The notes below the pieces were generated by a model that saw nothing but the letters and a program-made list of their open reading frames with translations, searched no databases and had not been told where the DNA came from. Of a stretch of DNA of 64,000 bases, positions 12,371 through 23,118 are shown in pieces. Source of the DNA: Eledone cirrhosa (Eukaryota); contig OZ024742.1 in the NCBI GenBank assembly GCA_964016885.1, forward strand, positions 272,428,001 to 272,492,000, in the 5' to 3' direction. The translations under genes were made by a program, and so were the position numbers. The first letter of the stretch is position 1, and each line of letters opens with the position of its first letter.

Positions 12371-12619
12371 TTTCTTTATTAACCACAAGGGTTTACATAA
12401 AGTAGACATTAAGGACAGTGCAGGACAATGCAGGACGGTACAAATGGGCATTTCTGCGTGTAAAAAACCAAAAACAGAGGATGTCACAAAAAATAACAAT
12501 GAAAAATTCCCCAATAGGGGGGAGACTTCGGAGGGACATTTGTGGAGAAAGCCCAGTAAAAAGCCACAATGACCCTGACCACCAAGGCAAGTGCCCTCTC
12601 CCAGTTTTCCACCTTTAGT

Positions 12620-15600
12620 TTACAGATATATACTCAGAGTCGGCCCATTCACTCGGGCCATTCTTGCTTCTCTCACCCATCTTTCAACAAAATGCTGGGA
12701 AGAGAGCACTTCCTTCTCTACTCTGATTTTCCTTTTCAAATGAAATTTGAAAAAGTCAATCAGAGCATCACCGAAGAGGTAAGTGCTCGTCTTCAGCCCT
12801 TTCAAACGTGTCCACCATACTATCTCTTTCGCCATGGCCACCAGACGGATAAAAACTGCCTGCCCTTCCCGGCTAAAGGAGGAGGGCGGGGCAATCCTCA
12901 CGATAGACTCAGATGATAGCTGGATCCGTCCTAAACGCGACAGCAGGTGTTCGACATAAACCCACAAGTCAGCAATTTTCGGACACTGGACGAGTGCGTG
13001 CAGGACGGTTTCGTCGCCCTGCGCGCATCTCGGACATGCCCGGCTGACGGCACCTCCATGCCTGTAGAGTTTATCCCGAACTGGCAAGGCTCCTCGGTAG
13101 CACTGCCAGGCCAGAGATTTCTGGAAGTTGTCCATAGGCCCTGGCCCGAAAGTTCTTCCGAAGAGATTGGCTAGTTGATTTTCGTCGACGCCTAGAGTTT
13201 CCCCAAGTACGTCGTCGCTCTTCCCCTCCACTAATCCTCTATCCGATTGGTCGAGGGCTGTGAGCGCCTGAAGACATTCCAGTCTCCAGGCGCTGCCTCT
13301 CGGTCTTCGCTTGACCCAGGACTGCAGCTCCGTGAAGGAAACGAGCTGGGGAAAAACGCGTCTAGCAAACGGCGACCACACCTGATCACCGTCGAGGAAG
13401 AGGTGGAGATGTCGTAGCCTGAGCGCGTGCCTGCGCATCATCAGCCACGGCATGCCCAGCCCTCCACGTAGCGGGTGTTGACAACAGATGGACCGCCTGA
13501 CCATCGGAGCCCGTCCCTTCCACAAAAAGCGAAAGAGCAAACGCTCCAGCGCAGTCAGGCGAGGCTTAGGACAAGGTACGACGGTTAGGCGATAGCAGAT
13601 GACAGACGCGATGTACGCGTTAGCCACCTCCGCTCGACCTTTCAGGGATAGCTTCCTCTCCGCCCATTTCTGGGTGAGAGAAGCCACCCTGCTCGTCACC
13701 TCGTCCCAGTTTTTGTCCGTCTGGAGGTCCGGACCGAACCAGACCCCTAGCAATTTAACCGGTCCGTCCGTCCAGCGCCCGACGACGCTGTTGGACGGCA
13801 TGGACCTGCCTCTCCAGGTGCCGAGCTGCAGGCCCACTGACTTTTCCTGGTTGATCATTGCTCCTGTCACCGCTTCGTATTCTCTTAGTGTAGTGCCGAT
13901 CGCCTCGATGTGTTTGGCGTTCGACACCACTACGGTGACATCGTCCGCATATGCTGACACGGATCTTCCGCATCCTAGTTCGCGCGGGACTCCCCTCAAC
14001 GTCTCCAGTTTGTGCAGTAATGGCTTGAGAGTCAATACGTACAAGAGGGACGAGAGGGGACATCCTTGGCGGACCGAGCGCATGATGTTGAACGGTTCCG
14101 ACAGGTGACCGTTCACTCTCACCACAGAGCAGATGTCGCTGTGCATGGCAGCGATCCAGCCTCTGAAGACGGGCCCAAAGCCAGCCGCCCTCAGGACTGC
14201 CGCTAGGTAACGATGGTCGACCCTATCGAAAGCTTTCGACTGATCTAAATTGATCAAGGACCCACCCGTGCCAGGTTCCCTAGCTACCCTCTCTACGATG
14301 TATCGCATGAGGTGGAGGTTGTCGTGGATGGATCTGTCGGGAATGGCGCATGTCTGCGCCTCTCCCACCAGACCACCAACGACAAGCGCCAACCTCTTTG
14401 CTAGCACCTTGGCCAAAATCTTAAACTCTGTGTTTAGCAGAGTTATGGGCCGGAAATTGTCTATGTTATCCCCCTTGTTCGGATCCTTTCTCAGCAGTGT
14501 CACCGCTCCTCGGCTCACAGAACTGGGAATTTTCCCGTTCTGTTGCCAGTTGCAGTAGACGTCCGCCAAGAGGCCTCCGAACAAGCCTGGCATCTGTACG
14601 TAAAGTTCATAGGGCAGACCATCCAAACCAGGCGATTTACCCCTTGTGCAGCCAGTCATTGCCTCCCGTACTTCAGCGGCTGTTATCGGCTTTTCGCAAC
14701 ACCTCGCCTCAGTGGCCGAGAGCCGCGGCAGTCCGTCGAGGTAGACACTAAAGTCCATCCCTCTACCCGGCCCCCCGCTGCCCCCGAACAGCTGAGCGAA
14801 GTGTCGCTGAAAAGCTTCACACATTTGCCCGGGATCGAGTAGCATGCGCCCGTCGTGGTCCACCAAAGACCGGATCGTGGCTTTGTTGCCACGACGCGCC
14901 TCCGCCACTCGGGCCCATTGAACGGCTTTCGTCCCCTCGTGTCTGAGAGCACGCACCCTAGCTCTGACAACGCAGCCTTCGTGCTTTGCATTGAAGAATT
15001 GGTCAAGGGCCAATTTCGCCGCAAGCACGTCGGTCGCAATGCCTTTGCTAAGCGCCTCGTCTAATTTTCTAACTAGTTCTCCCTCTGCTCTATTTTTCTC
15101 TATTGCTAAAGCCTTACTAAACCTAATCGATTCTATTCTAATCGCTCTTTTCAGAGCAAACCACCACTTGTTGTTGACGATGGCCCCCGTCAACGCCCGC
15201 TTAACTAGTTCGCTAATCCGGTCTCTGTAGGCCTTGCGCGCTGGTAAGGACGCGTTTAGCTTCCAGTAGCCGGGTCCTCGTCTATGAAGCCTATCTAAGT
15301 CAAGCATACAGGTCACGAATTTGTGGTCCGTGTAGCTGACTATCTTGAATTGTGGACAGCCTATGCTAGACCTATCTATTTCCCTACAAAATACTCTATC
15401 TAGATATGATCTGGATGACCCTATGCGGTTTGTCCAAGTCCACATTGGCACATTCGGGAAATCCAATCGGTACCTGTCAGACAGTTCAAAACGCCTGAGC
15501 AGGTTGGTGAGGCTCTTGCACCCTCCACCCCTATCCGCTAATCCCACACAGTCCCAGCGTGCATCTAAGATCCCGTTCCAGTCGCCCACTAACACTAAAG

Positions 15601-15967
15601 AGCGGGACGTTCCAAGAAAGGTCTCCAGACGCCGGAAGAAATCAGGCCGCCCTGCTCCTGTCGGGGCATAGACGGCCACTAGCCTGAAAGCTTGCCCGTC
15701 TCCGCTGGTCACGTCCAGCACCACCAGCTTACCCTCTGGGTCCAGGAAGATGGCCCGTATGGCGAGATCCAAACCTCTCCGGCTGGGAGATGCGTACACA
15801 TCGTAGCCGCCGAAGATCGGTGCGAAGGCCCGTGCTTCGGAGATTCTGGTCTCGCTGATGGCCACTACATCTATGTTTAGTGACCTGAGGCCGTTGAGCA
15901 GGTGACCCTGCTTCCATGACGACCCCAAGCCACGCGCATTTATGCTGCCTATTCTGAGTGAGGTCAT
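12620..15967 (-). CDS. ORF2: apurinic-like endonuclease, reverse transcriptase and C-terminal zinc finger (1115 aa)
   Basis: APE motifs SINARG, ISET, VYAP, VGDWN, SYLDR and YTDH. RT motifs KSPGLDG, FRPITLLN, DQSKAFDRV, VRQGCPLS and YADD. Zinc finger CPRCAQGDETVLHALVQC. Two short in-frame deletions relative to sister copies. Confidence 0.95.
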   Translation of the reverse strand: MTSLRIGSINARGLGSSWKQGHLLNGLRSLNIDVVAISETRISEARAFAPIFGGYDVYASPSRRGLDLAIRAIFLDPEGKLVVLDVTSGDGQAFRLVAVYAPTGAGRPDFFRRLETFLGTSRSLVLVGDWNGILDARWDCVGLADRGGGCKSLTNLLRRFELSDRYRLDFPNVPMWTWTNRIGSSRSYLDRVFCREIDRSSIGCPQFKIVSYTDHKFVTCMLDLDRLHRRGPGYWKLNASLPARKAYRDRISELVKRALTGAIVNNKWWFALKRAIRIESIRFSKALAIEKNRAEGELVRKLDEALSKGIATDVLAAKLALDQFFNAKHEGCVVRARVRALRHEGTKAVQWARVAEARRGNKATIRSLVDHDGRMLLDPGQMCEAFQRHFAQLFGGSGGPGRGMDFSVYLDGLPRLSATEARCCEKPITAAEVREAMTGCTRGKSPGLDGLPYELYVQMPGLFGGLLADVYCNWQQNGKIPSSVSRGAVTLLRKDPNKGDNIDNFRPITLLNTEFKILAKVLAKRLALVVGGLVGEAQTCAIPDRSIHDNLHLMRYIVERVAREPGTGGSLINLDQSKAFDRVDHRYLAAVLRAAGFGPVFRGWIAAMHSDICSVVRVNGHLSEPFNIMRSVRQGCPLSSLLYVLTLKPLLHKLETLRGVPRELGCGRSVSAYADDVTVVVSNAKHIEAIGTTLREYEAVTGAMINQEKSVGLQLGTWRGRSMPSNSVVGRWTDGPVKLLGVWFGPDLQTDKNWDEVTSRVASLTQKWAERKLSLKGRAEVANAYIASVICYRLTVVPCPKPRLTALERLLFRFLWKGRAPMVRRSICCQHPLRGGLGMPWLMMRRHALRLRHLHLFLDGDQVWSPFARRVFPQLVSFTELQSWVKRRPRGSAWRLECLQALTALDQSDRGLVEGKSDDVLGETLGVDENQLANLFGRTFGPGPMDNFQKSLAWQCYRGALPVRDKLYRHGGAVSRACPRCAQGDETVLHALVQCPKIADLWVYVEHLLSRLGRIQLSSESIVRIAPPSSFSREGQAVFIRLVAMAKEIVWWTRLKGLKTSTYLFGDALIDFFKFHLKRKIRVEKEVLSSQHFVERWVREARMARVNGPTLSIYL

Positions 15968-16002
15968 GTTTAAAATAGAGTGGAAAAGATGGGAAAGACC
16001 AC

Positions 16003-18132
16003 TTACCGTACTTTTAGTAGAGGAGGGATGGTTTTTACATCCCTTTTCACTTGATCGTCTGGTGAAGGGACCGTTGAATCGTCCCTTCGGCTGGTCGTCG
16101 GCTCTTCTAAGAGAATGTCTGAATATACTCTTCGATTGATGGTTCCTCCTAGGTCCCTGAAATCACCTACTGCGTTGGGGAATTTCGTTTTAATGTTTAT
16201 GTATTGTTTCTGTGCTATTTTTAGCAGTCTTATGTTAGTTGGCGTTTTGATTGGTGCTGGTATTATGTAGTCCTGTTGTGAAATGTCTGTGTGTTCAATT
16301 ATGTAAGTCATTAGTTTCTTGTTGTGTGTGTTTATTGCCGTGCATTTGTTTTTCTGGGGGTGGGGTGTGGTTCTGCTATTTTCTTGTCGTTGTTGCTGGG
16401 TGTGTGTGTTTTGTTGTTGTGTTTGCGATGTTGGTGCTTGTGGTGGTGGTGTTGAAGGTGTTGTTGGCGGTGGGGTTGTCGCCGGTGGTGATGGTGGTGC
16501 TGGTGTGGGTGGTGATGGTGTTGGTGGTGTTGCTGCTGTGGGTCTCTTTGCAGTAGACTTTACCCTTTTCTCATTTCTTTCCTCCCTTTTCAAAGGCGAC
16601 GATGCGCTGCTTCTGCGTTTGTGCCTTCTTGCGACCTTTTGCCATCCCTCTCCCACCTCACACTCCATGTCTGATTCTGTAAGGTCGGGGAGGGGTACCA
16701 GCTCCACTCTTTCACTTGTTGTTGTTGGTGATGTTTGCACTGGAATCTCTGTTGCAGCTGCATTTGGTATTGCTGTTGTTGTTGTTAATATTTCCACTGC
16801 TGCTGCTGTCTTTGATTTCCGTGGAGTGGGTATGGGTGCCACGGACCTATCGTTCCTGGTTGCCGCTTGTCCTGTTGCTGGTAGCCGTGGAGCCGGATTC
16901 GGAAGGAGGGGGGGTTTCTCCTTTCTCAGGGTCTTCTCGTTGCAGAAGGCCCTGAGGTGAGTCTTCGATCCACAGCGAAAGCATTTCGGGCGTTTGCCCT
17001 CAACACTTATGGGCAGTTGAGTGCCGTTATCGAAGTCTATCACATCCGGGATAGCTTCGATGCACTCCTGGTTGGTTTGGATTAGCATCTCAATGGAGGA
17101 GCCGACCCAATCTTCTCTTACTTTTTTCTGTACTTGCAGTACAGTTGTTTTGTCCTCGATTCCGACGAGGACAGACGCGGCCAGCCAAGAAGGGGTCATT
17201 CCGGGGGGGACGTGGGTCAGTTTGACCCTCACAATTTTTTGCCCGCAGTAGGAGGGCACCAACACCATTTCCTCGCTCCTTAGGGTCACTACTGATTGGG
17301 CCTTTGCCTCCTGGGGTGTGGCAAAAAGTACGTCTACGGTGGCGTATTTTTTGCCTCGGGTGATGTGCGTTTTCCTCTGCCACACAGACCCCAAGGCTTT
17401 TTGTATTTGGGCCTCTGTGGCTCTTTCCACCCTACGGGATTTTGTACTTACTGTACGGTACGTGACCGTACAGTGCTCTTGGGTTTCGAAAACATTTTTC
17501 GCTGCCTTGCAGATTGCTCGGTGTCCGTTCTTTGTCACCATCTTCTTCGCTTCCTCTAATTCCTCATTTGTTATGAGGATTGTTTCCAAGTTTTTCGCAA
17601 TACCTGCAAATGAGATTGGTTTTTCTCTGCTGTTGTTGTTGTCGTCAGAGCTGCTGGTACTTTTGTTGTTGCTGCAGGTACTACGACTACTGCCTCCGCC
17701 GCTGTTGCTGTGGTTGTTGTTGGTGTTGCTGCTGCTAATGCTGTTGTTGTTTATGCTGTTGGTGATGCTGTTGCGGCTGCTACTGTTGTTTTCATTGTCA
17801 CTGTTGCTGTTGTTATTACGGCTGCTACTGCTATTATTCCTGACGTCAGACGAATGAACTGGGTTTTCGTATTTCCCGCACACCTGTTTCGTCGCTGTCG
17901 TCGTCGTCGTGGAGAAACCTTGCACGCTTTGCACGAGACTTTTCTTTTCTTTCGTCGCTTGCGAAAGAGAAGGGAGGGAGAGAGACACATTTAAAGAAGG
18001 GAGGGAGAGAGACAATCTTCTCTCTGCTGTAGTGATGATTGAGGAAGAAGAAGACGGAATGAGTGGGAGTGACGTATGAAATTTCTTTTTCGTAGCCATG
18101 TTTTTTTGTTTAAAATGAAATTTTGGGTACAA
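16003..18132 (-). CDS. ORF1: gag-like nucleic-acid-binding protein (709 aa; true start may be the MATKKK Met at 18099)
   Basis: Asn/Ser-rich N-terminus, an RRM-like central region, a single CCHC knuckle CFRCGSKTHLRAFC and a Pro/Thr-rich C-terminus. Lies directly upstream of ORF2. Confidence 0.88.
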   Translation of the reverse strand: MYPKFHFKQKNMATKKKFHTSLPLIPSSSSSIITTAERRLSLSLPSLNVSLSLPSLSQATKEKKSLVQSVQGFSTTTTTATKQVCGKYENPVHSSDVRNNSSSSRNNNSNSDNENNSSSRNSITNSINNNSISSSNTNNNHSNSGGGSSRSTCSNNKSTSSSDDNNNSREKPISFAGIAKNLETILITNEELEEAKKMVTKNGHRAICKAAKNVFETQEHCTVTYRTVSTKSRRVERATEAQIQKALGSVWQRKTHITRGKKYATVDVLFATPQEAKAQSVVTLRSEEMVLVPSYCGQKIVRVKLTHVPPGMTPSWLAASVLVGIEDKTTVLQVQKKVREDWVGSSIEMLIQTNQECIEAIPDVIDFDNGTQLPISVEGKRPKCFRCGSKTHLRAFCNEKTLRKEKPPLLPNPAPRLPATGQAATRNDRSVAPIPTPRKSKTAAAVEILTTTTAIPNAAATEIPVQTSPTTTSERVELVPLPDLTESDMECEVGEGWQKVARRHKRRSSASSPLKREERNEKRVKSTAKRPTAATPPTPSPPTPAPPSPPATTPPPTTPSTPPPQAPTSQTQQQNTHTQQQRQENSRTTPHPQKNKCTAINTHNKKLMTYIIEHTDISQQDYIIPAPIKTPTNIRLLKIAQKQYINIKTKFPNAVGDFRDLGGTINRRVYSDILLEEPTTSRRDDSTVPSPDDQVKRDVKTIPPLLKVR

Positions 18133-18333
18133 AACCCCAATAACTGGTTATTTAACCCCGAAGGGCCAAATAACGGACAGAAAGACCCCTCTCACGAGGA
18201 GGAGGGTGTCTTTATCAACAATTTGGTTCAAGTTTTAAACAATTTACAATTGTTTTAACGGTTAAAAATTACTATACCTTACAGAGCCGAGCCTCCGTCA
18301 ACCATGGCATTCAATAATAATAATAATAATAAT

Positions 18334-21300
18334 GATTTTATTTATTGGCTACAAGGGCCGACATATAGGGGACAATGCAAAAGACTGGGACAGTGTGGTT
18401 TTACAGAAAAATCGAGTAAACAATATGAATAAATATAACAAAGTAATAATAAAAATACAAGAACATTCACCAATAGGGGGGATGACCACCCAGGGTTCGC
18501 TCAAGTAGCCCACCAATCCTGAACGACCGGGCGCTTCGAGAGCACTCTGGAAGGGCACACCTCTCCTCTTTAAATTTACCCGCCTAGAGCCGCATGACCA
18601 GAGTAGGCTCACTCACCCTGGCCATTCTCGTCAGATTCACCCACCTTTCAGCAAATGTACTTGGGGGGGGGGGCAATTCTCTCTCTACCCTCACCTTCCT
18701 TTCCAAGTGAAACTTTAAAAAGTTGATGAGGGATTGGCCGAAGTGAAATGTGTCTGTCTCCAGTCCTTTCAACCTCGTCCACCATACAACCTTTTACGCT
18801 ACAACCAGCAGACTGAGGAAAATTGCCTGCCCTTCCTGGCAAAAAGAAGGCGGCGGTTCGATCTTCAGTACGGACTCGGACGACAGCCGGATCCGTTCTA
18901 CACGCAACAACAGCTGTTCGACAAGTCAGTAATGCACGGGCACTGGACGAGTGCTTGCAGAACAGTTTCGTCGATCTGTGCGCATCTCGGGCAGCTCCGT
19001 CTAACATACTTGCGTGCCTGTAGAGTTTATCTCGAACCGACAGTGCCCCCCCGGTAACCCTGCCTCGCGAGGGATTTTTGGAAATTATACATCGTCCCCG
19101 GCTCGAAAGTCCCCCAGAATAGACTGTTTAGTTCGACTTCGTCGAAAACCAGAACCTCTCCGAGTGCGTCGTCGCACTTACCCGCCACTAATCCTCTATA
19201 GAACTCGAGAGTGGAAGTCCCACTGACCGCATTGCACGCCTGATACAGTCAGTGAGTGCCTGGCAACATTCTAGATGCCAGTCACCCAGTCTCAGTCTCG
19301 TCTTGACTCAGGGCTGCAGCTCAGTCAAAGAAACTAGCTGCTGAAAAGCCGTCTAACAAACGGCGACACACCTGTTCACCGTTTAGACAGAATATCTGGT
19401 GATACCGCAGCCTCAGCGCGTATCTGCGCATAATTAGCCACGGCATGCCCAGCCCTCCACGTAGAGGGTGCTGGCAGCAGAGGACCGCCTCATCATGGAA
19501 CATCACCTCTCCACAAGAATTTGAAGAGGAGCCGCTCCAAGATGGCGAGGTGATCAGGGGGCAAGGGACGACGGTCAGACGGTAGTAGATGACGGACGCG
19601 ATGTACGCGTTCGCCACCTCCGCCCGACCATTCAGTGATATCTTCCTCCCAGCCCATTTCTGGGTGAGACTGACTACCCTGCCCGCCACCTAGTCCCAAT
19701 TGTTATACACCTGGAGGTCTGGCCCGAACCAAACCCCGAGCAACTTTACCGGTCCGTCCGTCCAGCGCCTAACGACGCTATTGGACGGCATGGACATGCC
19801 TCTCCAGGTCCCGAGTTGCAAGCCCACCGACTTTTCCGGGTTAAGTTCTGTTCCCGTCAACCTTTCATATTCCTCCAATGAGTTGCCGACCGCCTCGATT
19901 TCTGAAGTATCCGACACCATCAGGGTGATGTCGTCCGCATAAGCCGATAAAGCCTTTCCGCGTCCCGGTTCGAGCGGGATGATTTGCAACAGCTCCAGCT
20001 TCCGCAGAAAAGGCTCGAGAGTCAATACATACAGAATGGAGGAGAGAGGGCCCCCTTGACGGACCGATCGGGAGACCTGAAACAGTTCCGAGAGGTGGCC
20101 ATTAATTTTGACTACCGAGTAGGTGCCGCTGTGCATTGCAGCGATCCAGCTTCTGAAGACGGGGCCGAAGCCAGCCGCCTTGAGGACTACCGCCAGGTAC
20201 CGATGGTCGACCCTATCAAATGCTTTCGATTGATCAAAATTGATCTTAGCCATCATCCTGTCTATATACGATCTAGATGATCCTATGCGGTTAGTCCAGG
20301 TCCACACTGGCGCATTAGGGAAATCTTTTCGGTACCTGTTTGACAGTTGTAACTGGCTGATCATGTCCTTGAGGCTTTTGCACCCCTCTCTCCTATCGGA
20401 TACTCCCACAGAGTCCCAGCGTGTGTCTATGAAGTCGTTCCAGTCCGCCGCTAACAGTAAAGAGCGAGACGTACCCAGAAAGGCTTCCAGGCGTCTAAAG
20501 AATTCCGGCCGTCCTTCCCAGTAGGGGCGTAGACGGCCACCAGTCTAAAGGCACCACCTTCGTTATTTTTCACGTCTAGGACCACCAACTTCCCGTCCGG
20601 CTCCCGGAAGATCGAACTTACCTCGAGATCCCTGGCCTTTCCTAAACAACACTGCCACACCACCTCCCATTCCCGGCCGACTAACAGGTGGAAAGATCTG
20701 ATAGTTGTCGAAAATGGGGGCTAGTGCGCGCGTGTCGGGAATCCTGGTCTCGCTGACGGCAATTACATCCATGTCTAGAGACCTGAGGTCGTTGAGCAGG
20801 TGACCCTACTTCCAGGACGATGCCAGGCCTCGAACATTTAAACTTCCTACTCTTAATACGGCCTTGTTGGCAGGTTAAAAGAGAGAGAGGAAAGGTTTAT
20901 TTACATTCCGTCTCTTGTGAAGGTCGGGTGGTTCGACCTCCATAGTTGGTGGGATTTCTTTTGGGAACCCCTTTAAAAGTCTTGAATTGTGTTTTACGTT
21001 CGGGGTTCCCACGTCCCGAGGAAAGCTGTCTCGTATCTCTTTGTATAAATCGAGCGACATTCGCACCAGAAATAAATCTTCCAGCACGCGAAATGTGCTC
21101 GATTTAAAATGTCCCCATCTTTTTTTATATTTTCACTTCGTGCCACGAGGGCTATCAGTACCTTGTTGGCCCTCCTGGCGAGCACGAAGTTTTGTATGTT
21201 TTGTTGGTGTGATTTTATTTGGTTGCGTGGCTATGGTGGTGATGGTTTTGGTGGTGTTGTTTTGGTTTTGTCTGTTTCTTGTGAGTGCGATGTCTGTGGT

Positions 21301-23083
21301 TTCAGATGTTTGTGTCGGTATTTGGTCTTGTATCTGTTTAGGTTGTTTGCGTTTGGGGAATCCTGGGGATGGTGATGGTGGTATTGATGTTGGTGTTATT
21401 GGAGAGATGTTTACGTGGGTGGTGTCTGCACTTTTTATTGTGGGTGATTTTGTATTTTGTTGAGTTTTTTTTTCTCCTTTTTGTGTTTCCCTTTTTGTAT
21501 TTTGGGGGATTTTGGTTTTCCCTCATCTTCACTACTGTTAGATTAGGGGTCTGTGTCTGTAAGTGTGTCTGTGTGTGTGTTTATGTTTTTATTGATGTGT
21601 GTATTTTTTTTTTTGGGGGGGGGGGGTTATTTAGACCTCTTTCTTCGTTTCCACCCTGGGTGATCAATTTTGGTGGTGGTCTTTCTATTGGTGTTGTTAT
21701 TGGTGGTTGTGCCGGTGCTGGTGTGGGTTGTGTTTGTGGTCCCGGCGTCGGCAGCAGTGGAGCCCTTCGACCCATTGCATCTTTCAGCAGTTGAGGCCAA
21801 AGTCTCGTAAATGTTTTTTTCCCCACAAACAAAACAATGCGGCCTTTTGCTCTCGGTCATAATATGAATAACCATCCCATTCTGAAGGCGGATGTGGTCC
21901 GGGATTGTCTTCACGTTCTGGGTCCTGATCTGGAGAAGGATCTCCAGGTCAACCCCGGACAAGTCCTCTTTGTCCGTTCTTGTCACTTCTATCGGGACTG
22001 TATCCGTCCCCTCCACATTCACACATCCCAGAAGCCACCACATGCTAAGTCCTGGTGGGATTCTGGGAATGCGGAGACGGGACGTTCTTTTTCCCTTGTG
22101 GGAGGAGTACATTATGACATTGCTTGTTTTGCAAGGAGTCATACCGTGTTTCATGCAAGGGCTTCTGACTTGAACAGCACCGAAATAGTGCCGTATTGTC
22201 TGCCCCTCGCTGTGTATTCGGTGTCTTCTCTGATGCACCTCAGCGCGATTTCAACATCTGCTTATGGAATTAAAGCTGACCTTTTGGTTTGTGCTGAGAA
22301 GCATCTATAATGCACCGTTCTGCCCTCCACTGCCTCAATAGTTCTACCGGGACACTTAAGTTGGCCCATGTTTGCTCTTGCTTGATGACCTTCCATGCCT
22401 GGGCCAACTTTTCATCTTTGTTTGAGAGGTCCATGTTGAAGCATGGCTTCTTTTTTGCTGCTGCCGCAGCGAAAGTGTTCTTCTTGTTGTCGATCGAGGT
22501 GTTATTGTTGTTGTCGTTGATCTTGTTGGTGTTGTTATCACTGTCGTTGTTATCAATGCTGTCTTTGGTGCCGCCGTTGTTCTCGGTGCAGTTGATATTG
22601 TTGCCGTTGGTGTTGTCGCTATTTGTTTTCATTTGTGTTGATATTGTTGTTGCATTTGTCATTTTTTTTTTGTTATCTGTGTTTTCGTTGTCGCTCTTAC
22701 TGTCATTTTTTTCAATATTAGAGTTCTCAGTGTTGTTGTCATTGCTGTCTTTGTTCACATTGTTTGTGGTGGTGTTTGTTGTATCAATTTCTGTTAATTT
22801 CGCCGTAGCGCTCCTCTCAAGTTTTACATAGTTGTCGCACGTCAGCAGACATATCGCTGGGAAGCGTGGCTCAACCATGTTTTGTTTTTGTTGATAATTT
22901 TGTTAAAATGTAAAAGAATTCAAATATTTGGGCCAAAAGGCCCAAATATTATTCTTTCCCCTTGAGAGGGGAGAGTCCAATTGCTTGTATGCCTTACACA
23001 ACAACAAAAAATTCAATAAATAAGTTTTAACAGGTAAATAAATAGACTTACGGGACCGAGCAAAAAGACGCCCGTTCACACTC
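18334..23083 (-). mobile_element. Tx1/L1-clade copy C (divergent subfamily, both ends present, decayed, internal ORF2 deletion)
   Basis: APE fragments (DVIAVSETR, GGGVAVLF) are fused at ~20255 directly to FDQSKAFDRV, followed by YADD. ORF1 remnants include KRPHCFVCG and an Asn-rich N-terminus. (AAT)n on both sides. Confidence 0.9.
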
Positions 23084-23087
23084 AATT

Positions 23088-23116
<29 letters not shown>

Positions 23117-23118
<2 letters not shown>

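Larger units (their letters stand above)
12369..18312 (-). mobile_element. Tx1/L1-clade non-LTR retrotransposon, copy B (full length, two long open ORFs)
   Basis: 5' UTR, ORF1, short spacer, ORF2 and 3' UTR with AATAAA. Flanked on both sides by (AAT)n (12331-12368 and 18313-18333). Confidence 0.95.

Noticed and set aside
12947-17994. Plus-strand ORFs overlapping Tx1 copy B, and minus-strand ORFs over the Dong copies
   Set aside because: Antisense shadows of GC-richer coding sequence with no recognisable motifs.
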